The notes under the pieces: model-generated
The model's input: only the letters and a program-made list of their open reading frames with translations
Told to the model about the DNA's origin: nothing
Databases searched by the model: none
Assembly: GCF_016433145.1 (NCBI RefSeq)
Contig: NC_058130.1
Span: 436,813,811-436,877,810 of the forward strand
DNA: 64,000 nt
DNA from: Gracilinanus agilis
Taxonomy: Eukaryota
Direction: 5' to 3'
Made by a program: the position numbers and the translations under genes
Part shown: positions 53,013-64,000 of the stretch, one piece after another
How the letters are laid out: each line of letters begins with the position of its first letter
How positions within the stretch are numbered: the stretch's first letter is position 1

Positions 53013-53817
53013 GTCAGTATTGATATAAAGAGTCTTTCGCTGATTTTCAAACTACTTTTTTTCTGAGATAAAACTGTCAGGAAAAAACAAACAAACAACA
53101 GAAATTCAATAATGTTGTAATGTTTTATCCCTAAAATAAAGGCCTGGAATGTAGAAGGCTGTCAACCCAAATATTTATGGAGTTGAGTCCAATAATCCAT
53201 CTTTAGCAACTCATCATTGTATCCTTTACAAAACTGTGTTTATTTTTCTAACTATGATGAAAATAATTTGCTTTGAAGTCACTACACACAGCAAAATCAA
53301 CAGGACTAGGTTGAATTGGTCACTAGGTATATGCATTAATGGTGACTTTGAACCATCCATTAATCAACTTTCATTAATTAATTACAATATACACTAGTAG
53401 ATTGATGATGCCACTAGGACATCTTTCATTGATAACAATTATTGATTATCCACTCAGTGAAAGATACTAGAATAGAAAGATAAATTCTGTCCTAAAGGAG
53501 CTTAATGGGGCAGAAGTAAACTAATTAACTGTGATACAAAAGAGAATGTAATAAATTGGGGGAAAAAAGTGGATGAAGTTTTATATTATAGAGTTGTTTT
53601 GTTTTTTTAAACCAAGAGTGTCTCAGAAATATCTATGCCAAAGTGGTTAACCTTTTAAATTATTATTTTAGTTCTTGAAAAGATACATTTTAGTTCTCTG
53701 GAAACTTCATTTATCCAAAACACTTAACTTACCTAAAAATCTTTAAATTATGTTTTGCTTTATTTAACTATTGAAAAATAGTAGACTAAATAAACTGACT
53801 ACAAGTAACTGAACTTG

Positions 53818-54003
53818 TGGGAAGCTAGGTGGCCAAGTCTGGAGATGGGAAGTCCTGGGTTCAAATCTGGCATCAGAGACTTTCTAGTTGTGTGATGGTG
53901 TGCAAGTCACTTAACCCCCCCATTGCCTAGTTTTTACAGCTTTTCTGCCTTAGAACCAATATGTAGTATTGATTCTAAATGGATTGTAAGGGTTTTTTTT
54001 AAG
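53818..54003 (+). mobile_element. SINE1-type SINE (older long-tail variant)
   Basis: gggaagctaggtgg...gtcacttaacccccccattgcctag...ccttagaaccaatatgtagtattgattct. Confidence 0.85.
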
Positions 54004-54248
54004 GCAAATTAATTTTTTGGGCTTCATGGAGAAGATGTATGTTTTTAGTAGGGTTTTAAAAGATTCATAGAATAAAAGATATATACATAAACATGCTTTA
54101 ATAAACAAGATATAAGAATAAACTGATTTCCTTATTAATGAATTCAATCTTAAAGAACCTTGTAAAATCATTATGTGTACTCTAACACATAAGTGAATAT
54201 AATGCTTTGAATCTACAATGTGTCTGTTACTTTATATTTCATGACCAG

Positions 54249-54425
54249 GGAGAAAGACGAAGTCCTCAGCACCTCTTTAGACCCAGGCATACATTAGATG
54301 GAGCCAAGATGAGGGCATCTGTCCGCATGACCCGGTATCTGGAGTCCTGGGGAGCAGCCAAGCCATTTGCCCACTTACATCACAGGGACAGCATGACAAC
54401 AGAAAATGGCAAGATCAGTACCACA
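54249..54425 (+). CDS. ADCY2: ADCY2 exon (exon 10 equivalent), 177 nt: GERRSPQHLFRPRHTLDGAKMRASVRMTRYLESWGAAKPFAHLHHRDSMTTENGKISTT
   Basis: Acceptor gaccag|GGA and donor ACA|gtatgg. C1b region with the PFAHL G-beta-gamma motif of group II cyclases. Overlaps ORF 54207-54455. Confidence 0.97.
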
Positions 54426-54844
54426 GTATGGACTTTTTTATGTCACTTAAAGTAGTCTAATTATGAGAGGAAATTATATTTTCCCAATAATAAAATGTTC
54501 CAACGTCCATTGACATCTTAAGTGTAATCCATGTGAAAACATTTGTTGGTCTCTTTTTCCAGAGAAATCCTTAGAGTTGAGCAGTTTGTGAATTACACCA
54601 ACTTGAGCATTCTTTAAGTTTTATTCTTTAATGACTTTAGTTACTAAATCCAAATGGTCTCAATTTTGTTATTTTTAAAAATAACAGTGCTAAATTATTT
54701 TGTAATGAACATAGCAATCATATCTGTCTCCAGTACACAAAGTGATAGGGAATCTTGTGAATCACTGTGAAAGGTACAAAAACATAGCCATTTTTATTTA
54801 AGTCATATCATGCTATTATTAATAATATCAAGCAATCCTGACTA

Positions 54845-54897
54845 CTGAGAGAGAGAGAGATGTATACATATACATATATACATATATATATACATAT
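54845..54897. repeat. (GA)n plus degenerate (TA/TACA)n microsatellite
   Basis: Direct reading. Confidence 0.85.
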
Positions 54898-55973
54898 TTT
54901 TCTATGCACTGTAACTTAGGTATATTTTTTGTATATAATTAATGTCATCTGTCGACAACATATTTTTATAAGACTAATTCAATAAGCATTTCAGAATGTA
55001 GTTTGTTCAAAGGGCTATGTCATGTATTACAAGCAATTTTTAACTTGGCAGATTTTCTAATCTAACAAAATAAACTCTCCTTTTTATTATGACCTCTCAT
55101 ATTGTTACAATGGCTCTTGTAGAACTGAGTCATATTCCTCAGAGAGCAGTGGCCCTTCTCCAGTTACACAAGGGCAGTACGCTCCCCACACTGTTACTTC
55201 TTGGCTTCAATTGATCTGTGAAATGGAAATGGATAATCAGTTTCTCATGAATGACTACATCTGCTAACTTTGGTTCCATTAGAAGTTATAAGATTTTACT
55301 CATGAGACACTATTTCTTACCTGGCACAGACCCAGCAAGAGATTGTCATTGTTCCCTTGTCCTATTTGGTCCTGCTCATATTATGCTCTTTAGGCTCATC
55401 TGGAGATAACCTTCTATGATTTCTGTGGATCTTGTTTTTATTTTTTTTTCTAGAAATCTTGTTGAACTGTGATGTAGTCCACACCTCTGTTGTAAAATCT
55501 GTTATTTAGTAAATTTTCAAAATGTATTATGCATTCATGTATTATGTCTAAAAGGTATTTTCATTTTCAACAAAATCCTTTAAATTAAACTGAATAAAAT
55601 TCTAGGCAGATTTAATCTGACCATCCTTGTGGAATCAAGTGCTTGGGACCAAACCCAAAAATACCAGGATGAAATATAAAAAAGTTACAAAACCATCCTA
55701 ATGTCTCTTATGACCCAGATATTTGCAATTGTATAGACAGAACATATAGGGAATTTAATGCATTTTTTCACTTTTTCTTTGGATTTAATAGTGCCATGTA
55801 GATAGTTATGGAGGATGGGATTCTAGTTACTTATAAGAATTATGTTTCACCTACCTTTAACCTTCATTGTGAAAGCAGATGGCTATGTGGTACATATATT
55901 GTTGTCACTTCACAAATTATCTTGGAATTCATTATCTATGACTAATACATATTCCTTTTATTTTGTCCTCTAG

Positions 55974-56014
55974 GATGTGCCAATGGGTCAACATCACTTT
56001 CAGCACCGCATAAG
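55974..56014 (+). CDS. ADCY2: ADCY2 micro-exon (exon 11 equivalent), 41 nt: DVPMGQHHFQHRI(R)
   Basis: Acceptor ttttgtcctctag|GAT and donor AG|gtatgt. Phase 0 to phase 2 links exons 10 and 12 in frame. Confidence 0.93.
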
Positions 56015-56099
56015 GTATGTGTTACACTATCTAAATAGTATAAATATACTGCTCTCTTTTCTCTCTAGGAGGTAAAATCTGTTGTCATCATTTTTTTGA

Positions 56100-56290
56100 G
56101 CTGGTTCCCATAGGCAGCTAGATGACACAGTAGAAAGAGGATCGGGCCTGGATTCCAAAGGTTCTGAGATCAAATTTTACCCCAGACATTTTCTAACTGT
56201 ATAACCCTAGGCAAGTCACTTAAAGCTGTTTGCCTATCCCTTGTTCTTTTGTCTTAGAGTTGCTTCTAACTCAAAAAGTAAGAATTAAAA
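56100..56290 (+). mobile_element. Old SINE1-related SINE
   Basis: taggcagctagatgacacagtag...ctgtataaccctaggcaagtcacttaa...tgtcttagagtt. Confidence 0.7.
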
Positions 56291-56549
56291 AATAAATAAA
56301 TTCGGTTCCCTAAAGAAACAAGTCAATTGTCAAAATGCCTTTTGGACTACATTCAGTTTCCAAAAACAATATAACAAAGTTTAATATCACTTGATTAAAG
56401 AAATAATTTGATAATGTCTTATTATAAAAACTCCATGGGATATAGAATTATCTTGAGATGTATCTATTACTGATAAATGCATTTCTTCCTTTTAAGATCA
56501 AAAGAGATTAATTCTAGTTTATCCTGTATATATCTTTTTTTTGTTGTTA

Positions 56550-56690
56550 CATAATCGCTTACATATTATCTCCCCCATTGGATTGTGAGCCCCTTGAGGG
56601 TAGAGACTGCTTTTTGCTTTTCTTGATATATCTACCACTTAGCACAAAACATTGCAAATGTTAGGCACAAAATAAATGCTTATTGACTTC
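56550..56690 (+). mobile_element. L2 3'-terminal fragment
   Basis: ttggattgtgagccccttgagggtagagactg...cttagcac...aataaatgcttattgact. Confidence 0.75.
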
Positions 56691-58892
56691 TGGTTTTAAA
56701 GACTTTTCTGATAAAACCTGTCTGAACCCAATCTCATTGAACGTCCTCTCAAAGAAAGAAATATCCTTTAAGACAAGTAATGCTTAATTTTGTCTTTGTA
56801 TCCTCAGAGGTTAGTGCAGTGTCTGGTACTAGACAATTAGTAGATGTTGACTAAAGTATTTGTTGACTGAATGTGGCAAAAAGAATGGCTTTATATGGTG
56901 GAGATCAACCACATTTCCACATACTCTTCTCTAAATTACCATTCTATGGCTAAATACTTTCTTCCTCCAAATTCCAATAATTTCTTTTGATATTTTTTCA
57001 ATGGAAAGTTGAGAATAAAAGGATATTTGTGTGCGCATGTCCACATGTGTAAACATATGTATATGTATGTGCTTTGTTATGTGGGTGGGATTTATCAAGG
57101 CATGAAAGGACATCCTTTATTCTTACCTGCTTATTGGCAATTAAAAAGCAGAACCAAAGCAAAGAGTCTTTTCCATTTTCCTACCTATGATGAAAACAAA
57201 ATGTAAATGCTTCCATTATTAAATTATCCCACTTAATACTACTCCAGAATCATACTATGTAGAAAATTCATTATAATTGTTGACTTTCTATTAACATGAG
57301 AAGAAAACTATCCAAGAAATTATGTATTAATACATGCATATATATATACACACATATACATATATGTGCATGTGTGTTATATATGGAAAGTACCTATATC
57401 TAAGTCATAAACTTTAGAGATTATTATTCTAATGAGGAAAAGGCCAGTGGTGAAAGGGATGGAAAATCTATATATTAGGGATAAGGACAAAAATAAATAT
57501 ATAAAATGGTGCTCTCCAAGACTATTAAAATAAATGAAAATGAATTCATAAATATTTCATAAGAGAATAAAACATGGTAATGCTTAAAAATTATAAATAT
57601 TGGAAATTTTATATTAATTTACCAAGTTATTTGATAAATTTTTATTCTAAGCTTAAAAATGATTTATTTCTAATACACAACAAGGAGGCATATCCATTCA
57701 GTACCAAAACATTTTGTCAAATTACAGAGAATCAGAATATTTATTTCCACAGTCAACACTAGAGTCCTCAATAAAACTATTACTCAATGTATATAAAAGT
57801 TAAGGCATGCTAATGAAAACTCTTCTTTTTAAAGGCCTTCTAATCAAGGTCTTTAAATTAATTCAAAAGAGCTATTCTAGAATCTCAGTTTTTCTGCTAT
57901 AAATCATTCATATAATAGTTTTCAATTTAACACTTCAAAACTGCTAGCGTTATTCATTTTTAATGTATTGAGTTTTTTGAAGCATTTGATAAGAACAACA
58001 TGTTAAAATCATGATTTTTTACTTTCAAGTTCAGGCTATTAAAATAAGGAATGAAAAGACTCCAAAGAACAGCTTTCTCAGAGTGTAAAGCTATTTAAAA
58101 TTCACATTGCTAAGGTTTTTTTTTTGCTGTTCTTGTTGTTTCTTTTTTGTTTTTTTAGTGGAGTAAGGTAGATAGGATTTTTTTGGGCTTGGTATTTTAT
58201 CAGTGTAGAAAATTCCCATAGTTGCCTGGAAAGCTAAGTGATTTACCCATAGTACTACAAACAGTTTAGTGTGAGAGTCAAGACTTGAATCCAAGACTTC
58301 CTAACTCCTAATTTCCTAATTCCACAGAAAACCAATCCATTATCCATCATGTGATGTTGCCTTTCAAATTAAGATTTAAGAAAACTAAAATAAGAACCTA
58401 CCTCTCTAACCTTTTCACAAATTGACCCAGTGAATAATAAACAAGACTAGTCAGTTAAACTCACCTCAAATTTATGAGAAGTTTCTAATAATGGTTCATA
58501 TAAAAACTAGATTCTTCTTTGTCAAATAAAGGTGTTGTCTCGAGGCAGCCAGTTAGGGAAATATAAAGCTTTAAAGAAATGAGTTCTGATAGGTAATATA
58601 AACTTCTCACAATTTAATAGATTTTCTATAAACCTTCCAAGGTATTCTTTTAGTGTTGTTACTTAATTCACAGAATCACTAATTGTTGAGTCTGCAGTTG
58701 GGGTATGTACTAAGACCAAAACACCATGTAAATTCAATCAGCCTTGATGTTTGATACTATGTTGACTAAATATTCTGACAATCAACAACATTTCTTTATG
58801 AAACTGAACAAATGTTTTGGCATCATGTGTACAAAGGCATGATAGTTATTCTAAAATATTTATTCCTCAGTGATGCTTCTTTTGTCCTCTAG

Positions 58893-58973
58893 AACCAAAT
58901 CACAGAAGAAAAGATTTGAAGAAGAATTGAATGAAAGGATGATTCAAGCAATTGATGGAATCAATGCTCAAAA
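58893..58973 (+). CDS. ADCY2: ADCY2 exon (exon 12 equivalent), 81 nt: (R)TKSQKKRFEEELNERMIQAIDGINAQ(K)
   Basis: Acceptor ttttgtcctctag|A and donor AA|gtatgt. Matches the recalled AC2 C1b sequence. Confidence 0.96.
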
Positions 58974-59709
58974 GTATGTTGCTATATTTTAAAAGTTGTA
59001 CATTATTGGTCATCTTCTATTCCCCAGCCCTTTTTTCCTTTAGTCAGACAGAAATTATGTGTTTGTCTTTGTTGTCGTTGCTATATTTTTAAATATTTTC
59101 ATTTGCCCTCCATTTATCATCATCTCTTGGAAATATTTATTCTTTCAAAGCTACATTTTCTGTTTCCTCCTACCTGGATTTCTCCCCCATAAATAAAATC
59201 TTACACCTTGTTATTTAGTGTTTTAATTTCTCTTTTTAAAATGTATCTTAATGTAAGTGTATCACTGACAAGAAAATCAACAAGTAATAATATTAGTGTA
59301 TATTTGTAAGATTGATATGGATTATTTAAAAAGCTAAAAATAGTATTCATCTGAAACCATATTTTTATTGCAAATATTCATATAGGAGGTTATATAGGAC
59401 TCGGTGGCTGACTGAGTGATCCTATTTAATTGCTACCCATATAGGAAACTTAAAACAAAAGTAGCAATAGTCAGAGAAGGGAAAAGAAGCTAAAAAAATT
59501 ATCAACTACATATGTGGAGACTGAACTGCTTTGAAGCAATCAGATGAGGTGGTTTTGGGGAAATTAAAATTTTTATCATATGTAACAATTTATAAAAAAT
59601 TGACTGGCCCAGCAAAGTCTGATTAGAGTCATAGTAACCAATGAAGAGGCTACACATTTGCCCAGATGAAAAGAATCATGTCACTTCTGAGGACTCAGCC
59701 AACTCTTCA

Positions 59710-61185
59710 TGGAGCTTCTTTCATCATTCCATCATGCATGACTCTTTGTGACCCCATGCACTATATATAGCATGATGCTTCTGTCCTCTACTTTCTCCCA
59801 AAGTCTGTCAAAATTCATGTTCATTGCTTCTGTGACACTATTCTCTGCTCTCCCCTTTTCATTTGCCTTCATTATTTCCCAGCATTTTTTCCAATGAGCC
59901 TCGTTTTTTTCATTATGTGGCTAAAGTACATAAGCCTCGGCTTCAGTATTTGACTTTCCAGTAAACAGTCTAAATTAATTTCTCTAAGTATTGACTGTTT
60001 TGACCTCCTTGCTGTGAACAAGACTCTCAAAAGTCTTCCTCAGTATCACAATTTGAAAACATCAATTCTGTGGCCCTTGGCTTTCCTTGTAGTCATACAT
60101 TGCTACTGGAAAAACTATGGTTTTGTCTTTATGAACCTTTGATGGCAAGGTAATGTCTCTGTTTTTTTTTTTAGTATGCTGTCCAGATTTGCCATAGTTT
60201 CCCCTTTATGGAGCAAACATCTTTTAATTTCATGACTATTATAGCTGTCTGCAATGATTTGAACTCAAGAATATAAAATCTGACACTGTGTCCATTTCTT
60301 CTCCCCCTTTATGCCAGGAAGGATTGGGACCAGTTCCCAAGAAATATTTTTTTTATGTGAAGTTTCAAGTCAGTTTTTACCATCTCTTCTTTTCCCCTCA
60401 GCAAGAGGTTTCTTAATTTAGCTTCTCTTTCTGCCATCCCTGAAGTATTGTCTACATATGTGAGACTATGGCTATTTCTCTCAAAAGCCTTAATTCTGGC
60501 TTTTAAGTCATTTGTACTGACATTTTGTGGATGTATCCTGCATAAAACTTAAATAATTATGGTGACAATATACAATCTTGCCATCCTCCTTTTCCAAACT
60601 TAAACCAATTAATTGTTCCATGTTTGGTTCTAAATATTGCTTCTTGGCCTGAATATAGAGTCCTCAGGTGAAAAGTAAGATGATCTAGTACTCTGATCTC
60701 TTAGAGGACTGCCCAAAGGCTTTAATGTAGTCAGTGAAGCATTAAATGTTTTTTTCTGGATTTCCATCGCTTTCTCTATAATCCAGCTAATGTTGGCAAT
60801 TTGAAATTTAGTACCTCTGCCTCTTTGAAAACTAGCCTGCCCTTCTGTAAATTCTTGATTCATATTTCTGAAGCTTAGTTTGCAGAATCTTATGTGTAAC
60901 CTTGCTGGCATATGAAATGAGAGCAATTTTTCAATAATTTGAACATTCTTTGGCATTGTCCTTCTTTAAGATTGGAAGGTAAACTGATCTTTTCCAATCC
61001 AGTGGCCACTGAGGAGTTTTCCAAATTTTCTGGCATAATGAATGAATATAGCACTTTAACAACATGATCTTTTAGGATTTTAAATAACTCAGCTAGAATT
61101 CCATCACCTCCACTAGCCTTATTGTTAGCAAAACTTCCTAAGGCCCGCTTGACTTCAATCTCCAGGTTATCTGTCTCTAGAAGAA
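59710..61185 (-). mobile_element. BovB-clade RTE LINE, 3' 1.5 kb, decayed
   Basis: Starts with BovB-like 3' end text (gactctttgtgaccccatg..., ttccaatgag, actctcaaaagtcttc). Minus ORF 60630-60956 has NQEFTEGQASFQRGRGT..QIANISWIIEKA.E.QK, like BovB RT (ELPDVQAGFRKGRGTRDQIANIRWIIEKAREFQK). Confidence 0.88.
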
Positions 61186-64000
61186 TAGTAGCTTATATTG
61201 TCTGTAGCTTCAACTATGAATTCAAAGGTCAACTCATCATAGGGAAATTCTCAAGTCCCATACACTCCTAACCAATATTTATTAGGTTAGTTGAAATCAG
61301 AAAAGTATGAGGAGATAATGAAGAACCTTCTGTCTTCAAAATTTTAATAAAAAGGCTATTAAATCTCATAAAATGCACTATTAAATTGATGTACCGTCTC
61401 CTAGAGTTGTTCTATATGATTTCTTTAAGTCACTTAATTGCCAAAAAAATTGAAAAAATATGTGATTCTCATAAAAGAATGATATATAATATGGAGGGAT
61501 GGATGGATTCAATGAAGCATAGATGAAGAATAGTTACCACCAGGTCGGTGTATAGAATGAAATGAAACATCAAAAGAAAATGAATGTCTCTAGCTTTACT
61601 GGCTGGTTTCCTAAAGATAAAATAATTAGTCAAACCTGCACAGACAGTGTAAGTATGTCTACATGCAGACAATTTGATCATCTACCTTTATAGTCTTGCT
61701 TTTTTTTCTACCTTTTGTAATTTTTACACCAATGACTATAATTAGAAAATGAGATAAATAGTAATGCTTTAGTTAGTATGGCTTTGTTTTGTTTTTCTGA
61801 TAATTGCTTTCAAAGTGTCTGTTTGCTTTGTTCCATTTAATATGCTAATGCATGTCACTTAATATTTGCAAGTTGCAATGTGTTCTTATTCTATAATGGA
61901 TCTTTAATGTTAGAATAAATGTTTATGTTGTAGTTTCCCAATTAAGTTCCACAAATCAAATAGAAAAAGAGACATTGCACAGTTATCAACTAAGGAAAGA
62001 GAAAGCAATAAAATGGAATGTACTGTGGTGTTTCTCAAATTAGGTTCAATTACATTGTGCATTGCTTGATGAATTTTCAACCTCCCTTGTCCTTTTATAT
62101 AACAATTCTGATTTTACTTGTATTTTCTCATCTGAGAATTCATGAATATCTTTTTCAGTGAGAACCTTAAGGAATGTGTATAGCAGATCAAAACGGCTGC
62201 TGGAGAAATAAGAAATTATGACATCCAGATGTTTTATCTACATAGTACAAAAAGTAGATTTTTTTCAAACATACTCTATGAGAGCCCACATATTACTGAC
62301 ATCAAATACTCTGCTGCCATAGTCACTGACAGGGATTTTTGACCTTCAGAGAGTTCTCAGTGACATTAATGTGATCTAAGTCAGAAAAACATATTGGTTA
62401 AATTGTACTCTGACCATATCCCATTTCTAAAGAATTACTACAGTTATATTACCATTAAATTCTAGGGACTATAAAAATTACTTAATCATGTTAATTTTTT
62501 TCCAAATTATATTTGAAATAGGAAGCAGTTGTACAAGGCTAGAGATGGAACATGTATACTCAAGCATCTTGCCCTCTACTTCTCACCATTTCATAAGGAA
62601 TAGTATTTGTGAAATAGATAGTGAAAGATTATAAGAAATAGAAATCAAAATTTTCTACTCTACACTTCTCTAAGGTTTTTTCAAAAGAATTTATATTTGA
62701 AATGGATATTGGTTAGGGCTACAATGTCTACGTGGTGAGTAAATCAAGTATTTATTTCCTGAAGAAATTGGCAGCTCTTTAGATGTCTCTCTTGTAGTAA
62801 TTGTTTCATTTCTAGTCATCTTTTATAGGAAATGATCATAGTATATGTCAGTAATTTTTTTTTCTTTTACAGTTTTAGATTTACCACTCTTCAGCATAAA
62901 TATATATATATATAAATTGACAACATTGTGATTAAACAATGTATATTCTTGTTTTTATTCTTCCTTCTAATTTGGTATGGATTATGATCTTTGTTAAAAT
63001 AAGTCAATGGTCTGACTACACATAGACAACTAATTCAGAAAAGATTCCCATATCAATTATCAGGTGTATTAATATAAAACCAATAAAAGATACTGTCTTG
63101 TAGTTAGAATGAACCTTTAAGCACATGTTGTCTGGTGTCTTATCTCATGCTAGAAAACTCATGACAACTGTCTTGATAGGTTCACTATGTTTCAACACTC
63201 ATTTACTCATGAAATTATCCATTCTGTTCATGGATAGCTTGAATTATTAGAAACTTGAGGCATTTTTTTTCAGTTTGTTTTATTTTACCCTCTATAATTA
63301 TGCAGAATAAATCTAACCTTATTACACATGCTAGAATTCAAATATTTAAACATAAATATCATGTCATCTCTACTGTAAGATAAATAGCCCTAGTTATTTC
63401 CAGTTCAAAAGCATAGTTGGTATTTAATGTGTTTTTAAATTCATTTATTGTACTTTAGTTGACCATCAGCCATATGATTTGGTTTCCAAATTGCTTACTG
63501 TCTTATCATCTACTTTTGGAGGTGCTTAATCTTCTCAATTTCTTTCTTAAAATCCCACACTTAGAAATGAACATAGTACTCTTGTTCTTGACTTCTGTTG
63601 ATGAGATTTGAGATTGTTTTATAAACTGTAGAAAGGTATAAGGGATACAGAGCTTATTTTAGAATCATATAGACCTCAGTTCAAGTTACTACTGACTTTA
63701 TGGCCCTGGTCAAGACATTTAATGTCTGTTCTAAACAATTTTTTTTAACAAATGTTGTTATTGATGTCTTGATTTTTTAGGCCATCATTATTTTCCCCAG
63801 TATCCCTTCCCCTCTCCTAGAGAACTATCACAACAAAACAAATAATATTTTTAAAGTTTTTAATTAAAAAAGAGGGGAAAGTCATTTAATCTAAAACATA
63901 CATTGAGAAAGACTGAAAACATGTATGATGTGCAAGACTTGTGATTTCCCTTCTCTATGAAGGGTAGGTTGGAGGTGTCTAGACAGCCCTTGAAACCATG

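Noticed and set aside
2275-56290. Recurring GCAGCTGGGTAGCTCAGTGG heads read as tRNA genes or a CRISPR-like array
   Set aside because: They are dispersed tRNA-derived SINE heads with cores, tails and TSDs. There is no cloverleaf, regular spacer pattern or cas gene.
58974-64000. Search for exon 13 (QWLKSEDIQR...)
   Set aside because: Not found; presumably beyond the window end.

Overview
AT-rich marsupial genomic DNA, most likely a didelphid opossum (Monodelphis-like SINE1/MAR1/L1 repeats). It lies inside the adenylate cyclase 2 gene (ADCY2, + strand). Bases 1-36870 are the 3' part of one long intron. Eight GT-AG coding exons follow, matching human exons 5-12: 36871-37019, 43108-43219, 46647-46774, 52133-52291, 52880-53012, 54249-54425, 55974-56014 and 58893-58973. 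They total 980 nt, splice into one open frame, and encode the C1a catalytic domain and the C1b regulatory region. The rest is transposon debris (L1, L2, L3/CR1, BovB-type RTE, MIR/MAR1/SINE1 SINEs, six hAT MITEs), microsatellites and two N gaps. I found no convincing new biological system. The best leads are a one-codon shortening of exon 11 next to a PKC site, four distinct intact hAT MITEs, several nested insertions and some splice-site features. Repeat family names and human/rat comparisons are from memory, and boundaries of old repeats are approximate.
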